Of a stretch of DNA of 64,000 bases, positions 35,701 through 43,214 are shown one piece after another (the stretch's first letter is position 1; each line of letters begins with the position of its first letter). The position numbers and the translations under genes were made by a program. Source of the stretch: a virus (lineage: Duplodnaviria > Caudoviricetes); IMG/VR virus record IMGVR_UViG_3300028888_000064, positions 32,001 through 96,000 of that record. The stretch is one strand, 5' to 3'. The notes under the pieces are model-generated. The model was not told the DNA's origin, did not search any database, and was given only the letters and a program-made list of their open reading frames with translations.

Positions 35701-37307
35701 CAGACGAAGCGGATAATACTGGACTAGACGCCAAGCTCAAGAAAACCTTTGAGGATGATAATCTTTTCTTTGAGGGTATTCCTTTATCAAATTTACCAAA
35801 GAATTACTTTAACTCAGTACATGGTATAGGGTCAAATGCATCTAATCCTAGCACATATCTTAGATGGTTAGCTGAGCGGTCCGTAGGTAGTGCTCTTAGG
35901 CATGATAAGTCTGGAAAGTTATCAAGCACAAAGAGTAGTCTTAGACAAATAGCACTAGATGAGACTTTAGCACTCTTAGTTCTAGCTAGGGATAAAATGG
36001 AAAAGTTGACTAAGAGTAACCGAGATAGACTTCCAGGAAACGAAGGACTCTTAGGTGATGTGGGTAAACTTATCAGTCAAGGTGCTACTGCTGCAGTCAC
36101 TTCACTCGCTAAAAAAGCCGTGAAGGGAATGTTTGGTGCTAATAAGCTGGACTACACTGTTCCTCAGAATAGACCTACCAAAAAGCAAGAGACTTCTAGT
36201 TTCATTGCCATGAATGATAAGGGTAGAGATTATTCGTCTAAAAGTGGTATTGAAGGTAAAGAATATAATTTTAATAAGGAGTATTTAAGCGGTCCGGTAA
36301 TACATGGAATTAAAGTATCAAGGTCAGTAAATGAAGTAACCGGTGGAGCAGCGGATTACAGCCCAGGTGAAAACGCAACTGTAGTTGATACAACTAGTAA
36401 AGTATCTCCTAGAGCCGGCATGATGACCACCTTAAGTGAACTTTGTGGAAAAGAAAATGCCAGTGAAGTTGATACAGTAGATAAGTTATTTAATCTACTA
36501 AAAAATAGTCCTTATATATCAACTGCTGGAAAAGTAACTTCGTCAAATGAACACCCATTAAAGGTAAGTACATTAGACTCTAACATGAGATGGGAAATAA
36601 TATTTACACCTTTTGTTGGAATAGAGAATGGGGAGATGTCGTTTTTACCTCCAATAGAGGAAATTAATGTCTGGAATTCGATTTATCATGGAATAAAAAC
36701 TGGTTATAACTATTTTGCACCAATCAATTCATTTGAATTAGGAAAAGCAAAGTTAAATTCAAAAACAGTTCCACTATTCGAAGGAGAAATTAGTTACCCT
36801 ACATCAATGGAATTCACTAATGAACTTAGACTTACTTTTGTAGATGATCAATTTAAATCATGGAGAACTTATTTTGAAAGATGCGTAGACGCTAGTGTAT
36901 ATAATAGTACTGCTCATAAAAAAGAGGATTACAATGGTACCTATGATCTACAAGGTAAATTAACTGCTATAGACAAAACTTATACTTGTATAGCTCCCTA
37001 TAAAAATATTGCTTTTAGGTGTACTATCTATTCAATGACTCCTCAGTACAGTACAGTATCAAAGTATGATCTTCTCCTAGTAATGAAAGATTTCGCGGAA
37101 GAAAGATCGGGCGATATTGATGCTAGTGGACAAGATTTAACGGTTAATTTTAGTATCGTTGGTGAAAATCCAAGAAACGAATTAACTAAGGTTACTATAT
37201 CTGATGCTACTAAGTCTAAAGTTTATGCACCTCCTAGAAATAATAATAGAGGGGGATATGAATCTATAATTAATGGTGGAATCGATAACATGGTTAAATT
37301 ACTTTAA
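32718..37307 (+). CDS. Giant acidic repeat protein with C-terminal tail-tube-like domain
   Basis: About 23 18-aa repeats. The C-terminus (WEIIF...ELRLTFVDDQFKSWRTYFERCVD...LTVNFS) parallels the tail tube at 39444 (WEFHF...LTLSFVDREDQAITYFADDW...INISMKF). Confidence 0.7.
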   Translation: MDKEVKRDNMIPGSCEEFTRPEEIKALSKYLRKVKKDLEDNTYLIRDNLELYGRADGRTMRHIDELPDKVESLQKGDHPEVSTLPGYKEVLGAKDTIEELPGDKISLDDVSQETSLSDHIETIEVTDKPFLEKRLEILENAIREAELENEKVLLEDNTETKLDNYKSRLQDTEQDIELSSTREDLGNTDKPIDLPKKKEILEDSNSNLDKLGDYVETLHPSVEPPHLEDHREDLIVKDEASLSDVSEALPKDVVLQEHEQFDPNRDTLYDANIARPGGDNDGDSTLEDYVDPLLGKREDPKLHDESTITKIQPKPEEVKLHDDSTITRVKPSPEEVELHDDSTITRIEPSPEEVELHDESTVTKIKPSPEEPEIHDDSTITPILGKIPEPELSDKSEQIVGKIPTPRLNDDSTITKIQPGPTYPELHDDSTVTRIQPRPEEVELHDESTITKIQPSPEEVELHDESTITKIQPKPEEVGLHDESTVVQIEPSPEEVELHDESTRTSIDDAASGEHAQFNPDGDSLYDANIILPGNIVDPELHDDSTVTKIQPSPEEVELHDESTVTKIEPSPEEVELHDESTIVQIEPGPEEVELHDDSTITRIEPSPEEVELHDDSTVTKIEPSPEEVELHDNSTITKIEPSPEEVELHDDSTITKIEPKPEEVELHDESTVTKIEPSPVDPELHDNSTITKIEPGPEEVELHDESTITKIGPNPDPELHDDSTVTKIQPEPEEVELTGSSSISHLDIPKELSTEVQVKFDPNINKHTARTSGIPSENPIGWGETLDDIVEDIVGDIPENSLSEKKVELEDTSPEDSIEKHKELLIDTSPEDSIEKHKELLVDTSPEDKLVSKKIIEENNIEADEEKFVPYLEAKRKKKLEGWVKEKRRQVDLETKVVPGIPAPTNSLADGPVEDLIRDISMLRDKDLNVYYQNILKFANDNVKNLGKWGEKARSIMSSLASSKMTSEDLENFEKRLYGSIILEDYATRKEDRTDEADNTGLDAKLKKTFEDDNLFFEGIPLSNLPKNYFNSVHGIGSNASNPSTYLRWLAERSVGSALRHDKSGKLSSTKSSLRQIALDETLALLVLARDKMEKLTKSNRDRLPGNEGLLGDVGKLISQGATAAVTSLAKKAVKGMFGANKLDYTVPQNRPTKKQETSSFIAMNDKGRDYSSKSGIEGKEYNFNKEYLSGPVIHGIKVSRSVNEVTGGAADYSPGENATVVDTTSKVSPRAGMMTTLSELCGKENASEVDTVDKLFNLLKNSPYISTAGKVTSSNEHPLKVSTLDSNMRWEIIFTPFVGIENGEMSFLPPIEEINVWNSIYHGIKTGYNYFAPINSFELGKAKLNSKTVPLFEGEISYPTSMEFTNELRLTFVDDQFKSWRTYFERCVDASVYNSTAHKKEDYNGTYDLQGKLTAIDKTYTCIAPYKNIAFRCTIYSMTPQYSTVSKYDLLLVMKDFAEERSGDIDASGQDLTVNFSIVGENPRNELTKVTISDATKSKVYAPPRNNNRGGYESIINGGIDNMVKLL
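33615..34930 (+). repeat. About 23 copies of a 54-nt / 18-aa repeat [VP]ELHD[DEN]ST[IV]TKI[EQ]PSPEE
   Basis: Visible in the translation as two blocks, each preceded by an EHxQFxPxxDxLYDANI segment. Confidence 0.95.
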
Positions 37308-37312
37308 TAATT

Positions 37313-39463
37313 ATGTACATTAAATTAGGATCAACAACATTAAATTATCCTTCTATACCGTACGATGATTTTATGGTATTTTCCGAGGTTATCGACTCTC
37401 AGGTAGGATATGAAAAGCCAGTATTGGTTAGAACAATAGAGCAATTAGATAAATGGTTTGGTAGAGATTTTACTAGTAGAGATTATTTTGAAGAACTAAT
37501 CAATAGTGGAGTAACTCTCTTACTGACAAAACCCTTAGGATCTTATACCAATGATCTCGGAATAAAATTCTCTGGCGATGGTATCACGGTTGTGGATGAT
37601 ATTTATATATTTAATAATCTACCTACTACTACAGATCAGACTAAAGTTTATAAAGTCTATAATCCGAACGGCACTGGTGAATTTACAGGTACCCTAGGTG
37701 ATACTGAGATAACTTATGACTTATATCGATGGATAACAGATAATGAATCTATACCTAATGGCTATTACAAAAAGGATGATTTACCTAATATCATTAAAGC
37801 AGATTCACAGTCACTGAATAATAGGGATACTCTTAGGTTATTTTCCACAGATAATACTACCATCTACACGCATTTCGTATACAGTGAGCGCGAAAACGTG
37901 GGATCAACAGAAGAGGATTCATTGAATCTAAGTAACTTAAACTTAGAAAGAATAGAATTAGGTTATCAGACACTAGTCTTTGATATAGTAGAGCGTGAAG
38001 ATCCAGATAATACTCTTCAAGAAAACTCTTATATAATTTTCCCTAACGAACCTATATCAGATAATATTGAAAATACTTTATATTATCACGGAAATGTAGA
38101 TGAGCTAGGAGTTGATAGTAAGTATTATAAAGAAGGTGCTGAGATAAGCTTTGATAGCTTAGATGATCTTTTTGGGAAATTAGAAGGAGTAGAAAAAGTA
38201 GGTAATAAGTTAGTTGCAAACCGGCCTATCGATACTACATTCTTTTATGAAGGTCTCGGGATAGATCTTATACCAAATTACCTAGAAACTCATCATATTC
38301 TTGATAAATATGAGAACTCTAAGGATAGTTCTACAGACGAACCAATAAATAATCGTATTGTAGATTTTTGGTCTAAAACTATTGGTACTGCCGGTATTGA
38401 TGGTAATATAGCTGTGACTATAGAGGAATCCTTAGATGAGGGAAATTATAGAATTATTATTGAGAGATTTGGTCACCTAGAGATTTTTGAGGGACCTATA
38501 AAAGTTACCGCAGGAATAGAAAGACTAGATTATCGAATAAGTAGATTATCTGAACTAGTGTACTGTGATTTCGCTGAAGGAATAGAAGAATTACCGTTAG
38601 GTACATGGACTTTGAAAGGAGCCATTGAAGAAACGTATAATTATGAATCTTATAACAATGGCTTAGATGAGATCTTTGAGGAAGCTGATAGAACTTTTCC
38701 AGATTTTTTCTTAATACCTGATTCTTCTTTATATGTACCGGAAAGAAATACATTAGATGAGAATATAGAGGAATACGAAAAGTTCTATAAAAAAGTACTA
38801 AGATATGCCGAAGAGTCTGGATGTCAAGTATTAGTTGAAAATGAAGACACTAAAAATAATTATATGTATAACTACACGGGTGATGTGTTTAATAGATTAG
38901 TGTACTTTTATAGATCAATGATGCTAGGTGATGTTCCTAGACCAGGCTATTATATATTTATTAGGGGATTATTAAGAGACATTTATTCAATGTCTACTGA
39001 TATAATCTACTATAAAAGCATAAAGGATCTGAGCAAAGATAAAAATTCATATGAAGAAACAGAGGAATCCGAGGATCTGAAAAAATATAAATGCAATTAT
39101 TTAATAGACAACGGATTAATGTACTATTATAAAGAGTATCAGAACGGCGATAAGTTTGAGACTTCAATATGGATGAGATTTGTTCTCGGAAAAATCAAAA
39201 GAGAGTTAGAAAAGAATAAGTGGAAATACCTAGGTGAAAAAAATCAGGGAAAAATAAGGGAAAATATTTCTGCAATCCTCAATAAAGTTTCTTCTAATTT
39301 TGGGATAATTAGGGATTTAAGCATACTAGATATTAGATTCCACTTAGAAAGTAATAAGGTCGACGTTAACATTGAAACAACTATATCAGACCTTGTAAAA
39401 AATCACATGATAGTTAATTTTACTATAAATTATAATAAGCAAGATGGCAAATACAGTATCTGA
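37313..39463 (+). CDS. Second, divergent tail-sheath-like protein
   Basis: PVLVRTIEQLDKWFG, WSKTIGTAG..NIAVTIE and C-terminal RFVLGKIKRELE...YLGEKN...KVDVNI fit sheath architecture; adjacent to the tube gene. Confidence 0.65.
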   Translation: MYIKLGSTTLNYPSIPYDDFMVFSEVIDSQVGYEKPVLVRTIEQLDKWFGRDFTSRDYFEELINSGVTLLLTKPLGSYTNDLGIKFSGDGITVVDDIYIFNNLPTTTDQTKVYKVYNPNGTGEFTGTLGDTEITYDLYRWITDNESIPNGYYKKDDLPNIIKADSQSLNNRDTLRLFSTDNTTIYTHFVYSERENVGSTEEDSLNLSNLNLERIELGYQTLVFDIVEREDPDNTLQENSYIIFPNEPISDNIENTLYYHGNVDELGVDSKYYKEGAEISFDSLDDLFGKLEGVEKVGNKLVANRPIDTTFFYEGLGIDLIPNYLETHHILDKYENSKDSSTDEPINNRIVDFWSKTIGTAGIDGNIAVTIEESLDEGNYRIIIERFGHLEIFEGPIKVTAGIERLDYRISRLSELVYCDFAEGIEELPLGTWTLKGAIEETYNYESYNNGLDEIFEEADRTFPDFFLIPDSSLYVPERNTLDENIEEYEKFYKKVLRYAEESGCQVLVENEDTKNNYMYNYTGDVFNRLVYFYRSMMLGDVPRPGYYIFIRGLLRDIYSMSTDIIYYKSIKDLSKDKNSYEETEESEDLKKYKCNYLIDNGLMYYYKEYQNGDKFETSIWMRFVLGKIKRELEKNKWKYLGEKNQGKIRENISAILNKVSSNFGIIRDLSILDIRFHLESNKVDVNIETTISDLVKNHMIVNFTINYNKQDGKYSI

Positions 39464-40037
39464 TCTGGTGAGAGGAAGTAATGACTTACACCAAAAATTT
39501 ATTGATTACGAAAAATCCTATAAGGATGGTAATAAGGAATTTCTTCGTGGTGATATGTGGGAATTTCATTTCCTTACTGCACCGAAAATTGTTTACTATC
39601 CAGGAGACGACTTGATTAACAAACGCCTAAATGCAGTGCAGGTAGGTATCGATTATAGTGTAATCGGTTTTGAAAAGAGAATGAGAAATAACTATGTAAT
39701 TTATCAACAGGCTGACCAGTCTACATATGGTACACTCACACTTAGCTTTGTCGATCGTGAAGACCAGGCAATCACTTACTTTGCGGATGACTGGAGACAA
39801 AAGATCGCTGACCGTGATACTAAGTATTCTTTCAGAAAGGATGATGTAGTAGCAGACTGTGAACTTTACATTACAAACTCATCTCGTATTGACGTTCGTT
39901 ACCTACGTTTCTACAACTGTATCATAACTGATGCAACTACTGATGAAAGTGGTGCAACTGACCCTGGTACAGATCGTGCTGATATTAATATTAGTATGAA
40001 GTTCGAGCATTACACAAGAGAGTTTAAGAATCTTTAA
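39444..40037 (+). CDS. Tail tube protein (gp19-like)
   Basis: 197 aa; YGTLTLSFVDRED..ITYFADDW...LRFYNCII...ISMKFEH pattern; highly expressed codon bias. Confidence 0.8.
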   Translation: MANTVSDLVRGSNDLHQKFIDYEKSYKDGNKEFLRGDMWEFHFLTAPKIVYYPGDDLINKRLNAVQVGIDYSVIGFEKRMRNNYVIYQQADQSTYGTLTLSFVDREDQAITYFADDWRQKIADRDTKYSFRKDDVVADCELYITNSSRIDVRYLRFYNCIITDATTDESGATDPGTDRADINISMKFEHYTREFKNL

Positions 40038-40049
40038 TTTACAGGGTTT

Positions 40050-40074
40050 GGGGTTAATGATTACAATTAACCCC
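40050..40074 (+). terminator. Stem-loop after the tail tube gene
   Basis: GGGGTTAAT-gattaca-ATTAACCCC; weak U tail. Confidence 0.5.
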
Positions 40075-40096
40075 TTACCTCAATAAACTTAGAAAA

Positions 40097-40513
40097 ATGA
40101 TATTCAAACAAAAAACATATAGCCTTGGTGATAAGATTCACTTTACTAAATTTATTGGCATTTTAACTGGATTTAGCAATAAAGCTAAGAATTTACACTG
40201 GGCAGCCCCTGCTAAGAATATCCACACTTATCTGGATGACCTATATGGAATTATAAATGATTTTACAGATACTATAGCAGAGGGGTACATGGGAATTCTA
40301 GGTAAAATGGGACCTAGGGATATAGTAGTCGTACCTTGTGAGGTAGGAGACGCTAGAACATTTATAGACGAACTCATAGACCAGACAAAAAAGTTTTATG
40401 AAGGTATCCCAGATTCAACTGAATTTAAGGGAATAACTAGTGAAACAGAAACCTTCATGCAGAACTGTCAAAAGTATCGCTACTTGTTCAGCTTGTGCAG
40501 TAATGACTTCTAA
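40097..40513 (+). CDS. Leader-bearing Dps/ferritin-like protein
   Basis: MIFKQKTYS; KNLHWAA...IHTYLDDLY...DTIAE matches Dps H-W...H...D..AE ferroxidase spacing. Confidence 0.75.
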   Translation: MIFKQKTYSLGDKIHFTKFIGILTGFSNKAKNLHWAAPAKNIHTYLDDLYGIINDFTDTIAEGYMGILGKMGPRDIVVVPCEVGDARTFIDELIDQTKKFYEGIPDSTEFKGITSETETFMQNCQKYRYLFSLCSNDF

Positions 40514-40519
40514 GGTATT

Positions 40520-41431
40520 ATGATTGTAGTTAGACAGAAAGAATACGGACGTCTTATTGATTCTGACGTAAAAAAACGAGGTCGTAAGTTCGATGATGTA
40601 AGAAAAAAGTTTCTAGAAGGAAATAATACAGTATATGATAAAAATACACTCGGAAAACTGAAAAATCGTGTAGAAAGAACTACTCCAATTGTAAAAGATG
40701 GAATAGAAGCAGGTTTCGAAGTAGAACATCATTTAAAGCCTTATACCTTTGTTGTATCTAAAGATAACATCGATCGTAATCGTCTTACACATTTAGGAAA
40801 GAAAATTCACCTAGAGAATCCAGAAAACCTAGCTAATCTTGCTCATGAATATGGACATGCACTAGATTTTGCCAGTAAAGGGGGACACTCCAGGTCTATA
40901 GATGGTATATTTTTTGATGGTGAAAAGGATTTCTTTGGAGATGTTCGAACTAGTAGAAAACATTTAACGGATGGTAGAATTAAAGTGAAATATGAAGCTA
41001 CTGCCTCAAAGAATGGCTTAAAGATGTTAAGGAAACTAGAAGCTTCCCCAGAAGATATGAAAAAGACTAGAGAGAATTTAAAAGATGCGCTAGGAACTTA
41101 CTATAGAGCTGAAGAATCTTTAAGTTCTCAGGCCGCAAAACTTGGCAATATGTCTGATAAGGAGTATTTCAAGCAAAAACTTACTGATAATCGAAGACTT
41201 AAGAGAGACTACAAGAAAGCAATAAAAGAAATAGAAACTGCAGGTAGAACTGGTGCTGAAAGAGCATATGAAGCTTCTCAAAGATCTGGCGTTGAAAATG
41301 CGGGGAGAGCCATTAAGAAAACCTTCTTAAAAAACGATACTGTAAGACATGCAGTGGAAAAAGCAAGCCAAGCTGGGGATAAAACAAAGAAAAAGATTAT
41401 TAAGAAAGTATTTAAACACTTGATAAAATGA
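40520..41431 (+). CDS. Leader-bearing zinc metallopeptidase-like protein
   Basis: MIVVRQKEYG; LAHEYGHA plus YEATASKNG...ALGTY; paralogue of 3378. Confidence 0.75.
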   Translation: MIVVRQKEYGRLIDSDVKKRGRKFDDVRKKFLEGNNTVYDKNTLGKLKNRVERTTPIVKDGIEAGFEVEHHLKPYTFVVSKDNIDRNRLTHLGKKIHLENPENLANLAHEYGHALDFASKGGHSRSIDGIFFDGEKDFFGDVRTSRKHLTDGRIKVKYEATASKNGLKMLRKLEASPEDMKKTRENLKDALGTYYRAEESLSSQAAKLGNMSDKEYFKQKLTDNRRLKRDYKKAIKEIETAGRTGAERAYEASQRSGVENAGRAIKKTFLKNDTVRHAVEKASQAGDKTKKKIIKKVFKHLIK

Positions 41432-41958
41432 TTGTAATTAGACAGAAAGAGTTTGGAAAAAAGAAATCCGAACGACTAACGGAAAAAGATAAAGACTTTA
41501 TTAGAGCTCTTGCTGAAGAAAGTGACTCAGCTAAGGCTAATAATAGAGTAAGTTATAGAACATTACAAGGTTTAGGTGCCTTAGGTGCTGGTATAGGTGC
41601 AGGAACTCTAGTCAAGAAGATAAGTAAAAGTAACAAGGCCGGAATAATTGGTGCAGGTATAGCAGGTATTGGTACAGGTATTGCTCTTAATAAGCCTATT
41701 AAGAGAGCCATTGAAAGAGCAAACCTCGAAGAGGATATAAAGTATTCGAAAAGGAAAGGACACTTTATATCTAGAGACCGTATTGACCGAGATTACTTAA
41801 TTGATAAGAGAGAAAAAGAGCTAGAACGTCAAAGACAGCTGGAGGAACAGAGAAGAAGAGAGGCACGTGAGGAAAGACTTGAGTATGAAAGAAACCAGGC
41901 TATTCGTGATGCAGGTGCTTTTGCCGGTGGTCAGAAAAAGTATGATGAATACAAATAA
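41428..41958 (+). CDS. Leader-bearing glycine-zipper/coiled-coil protein
   Basis: MIVIRQKEFG; GLGALGAGIGAG...GIIGAGIAGIGTG. Confidence 0.75.
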   Translation: MIVIRQKEFGKKKSERLTEKDKDFIRALAEESDSAKANNRVSYRTLQGLGALGAGIGAGTLVKKISKSNKAGIIGAGIAGIGTGIALNKPIKRAIERANLEEDIKYSKRKGHFISRDRIDRDYLIDKREKELERQRQLEEQRRREAREERLEYERNQAIRDAGAFAGGQKKYDEYK

Positions 41959-41973
41959 TGAACGCAGATAAAA

Positions 41974-42263
41974 ATGCGGAAAAAATTAATAAAAACAGAT
42001 AAGTATATGGGCTTCTCAGATTGGGAAGACTCAGAAAAATATCATGTCACCTATGCCTGGTGCATTATTCCAGGAACTACTTGGAGAGATGATGTCAAAA
42101 ATGGATTTATATGGAAATAAATGATGGTTTCTCTAATGGACTTGGAGGAGACACTCTGATGGAATCTTTTTATAATAAGGTAAAAATAACAACAGGGGAT
42201 TGGGAATATCCTCATAAAGACAGCATAGACTTAAAAGGAAGAGATCCAAAAAAGGAAGAGTAA
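41974..42263 (+). pseudogene. Possible frameshifted gene (two overlapping ~50-aa ORFs, 41974-42120 and 42111-42263)
   Basis: Coding-like sequence fills a 320-nt gap in an otherwise gene-dense region; the frames switch near an A5 run at ~42097. Confidence 0.35.
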
Positions 42264-42278
42264 TATTATACATACACA

Positions 42279-42713
42279 ATGATTATATTAAGGCATAAAA
42301 ATTTTTCACGAATTCAGGACGAAGATTATCGTGATGAATTAGAAAAGGATAAAAAAAGCGTTAAACACGCAAAACGTAATGGAACAATAAAAGGTGCTCT
42401 TGGAGGCGCTGCTACTGGCCTACTGATAGGTGCTAATGTTGGTGGTAGTAAAGCTGCTCTATTAAGTCTTGCAGGTGGCACTTTAGCTGGTGGTGGTCTG
42501 GGATATCATCTGGGAAAGAAAAAGAAGAAAGAGGTTGAGGAATATGCCGATAAAATGTTAAGACGCTATGAATCAGCTGACGAAAAGGACAGAGCATACT
42601 TGAGAAAGAAATTAAATGAGGATAAAAATCGCGAACTGCAGAGAATTCAGGCAGAAGCTCAGAGATCTCAAGCACAGTCTCAAAGCATTATGGCACTTAA
42701 TTCTTGGAAATAA
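42279..42713 (+). CDS. Leader-bearing glycine-zipper/coiled-coil protein
   Basis: MIILRHKNFS; GALGGAATGLLIG...LAGGTLAGGGLG. Confidence 0.75.
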   Translation: MIILRHKNFSRIQDEDYRDELEKDKKSVKHAKRNGTIKGALGGAATGLLIGANVGGSKAALLSLAGGTLAGGGLGYHLGKKKKKEVEEYADKMLRRYESADEKDRAYLRKKLNEDKNRELQRIQAEAQRSQAQSQSIMALNSWK

Positions 42714-42718
42714 AAAAA

Positions 42719-43132
42719 ATGATAATATTAAGGAATTCATATTTTTCTTCTAAAGATGACGAAGAGTATCGTGAATTAATACAGAAGAAGAGGAACTCAA
42801 TAAAAGATCCTAAGGAGTACATACTTCCTCTAACTACTGTAGGTGCATTGGCAGGAGCTCACACCGGATATATATGGAAGCATTCTGTGAAATCAGCGTT
42901 GACTGGTACTGCTATTGGTGCACCAACTTTAGGTACGATTGGTTATTTAAACGAAAAGCGTCGTGCAAAAAAGTTGAATAAAAAACTCGACGAGAAATTA
43001 GAAATTTACGAAAAAGCTAGTAAAAAGGAAAAAGCACATCTTCTCGAAAAAGAAAAATTTGATCAGAAGAAATTTCAAAAAGAATTACAATCTTCTTTAC
43101 CAAAAGGTTCCCCTTTTAAGGAAAAAAATTAA
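42719..43132 (+). CDS. Leader-bearing glycine-zipper protein, paralogue of 42279
   Basis: Likely start MIILRNSYFS; DEEYRELI vs DEDYRDEL; YEKA..KEKAHL vs YESA..KDRAYL. Confidence 0.75.
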   Translation: MIILRNSYFSSKDDEEYRELIQKKRNSIKDPKEYILPLTTVGALAGAHTGYIWKHSVKSALTGTAIGAPTLGTIGYLNEKRRAKKLNKKLDEKLEIYEKASKKEKAHLLEKEKFDQKKFQKELQSSLPKGSPFKEKN

Positions 43133-43148
43133 ATGATATTAAAGATAA

Positions 43149-43185
43149 GGTAAGAGTAGGCGTCTAAAGTACCCTACTCTTATCC
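43149..43185 (+). terminator. Stem-loop between the cargo cluster and the hub genes
   Basis: TAAGAGTAGG...CCTACTCTTA; no clear U tract. Confidence 0.45.
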
Positions 43186-43214
43186 CTAAACAAAATTACT
43201 TAAAATTAACGAAA

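Noticed and set aside
2181-43132. Leader as a Sec/lipoprotein or type IV prepilin signal (QKGF-TLIE-like)
   Set aside because: No hydrophobic h-region follows, there is no lipobox Cys, and the Gly(-1)/Glu(+5) prepilin pattern is absent.
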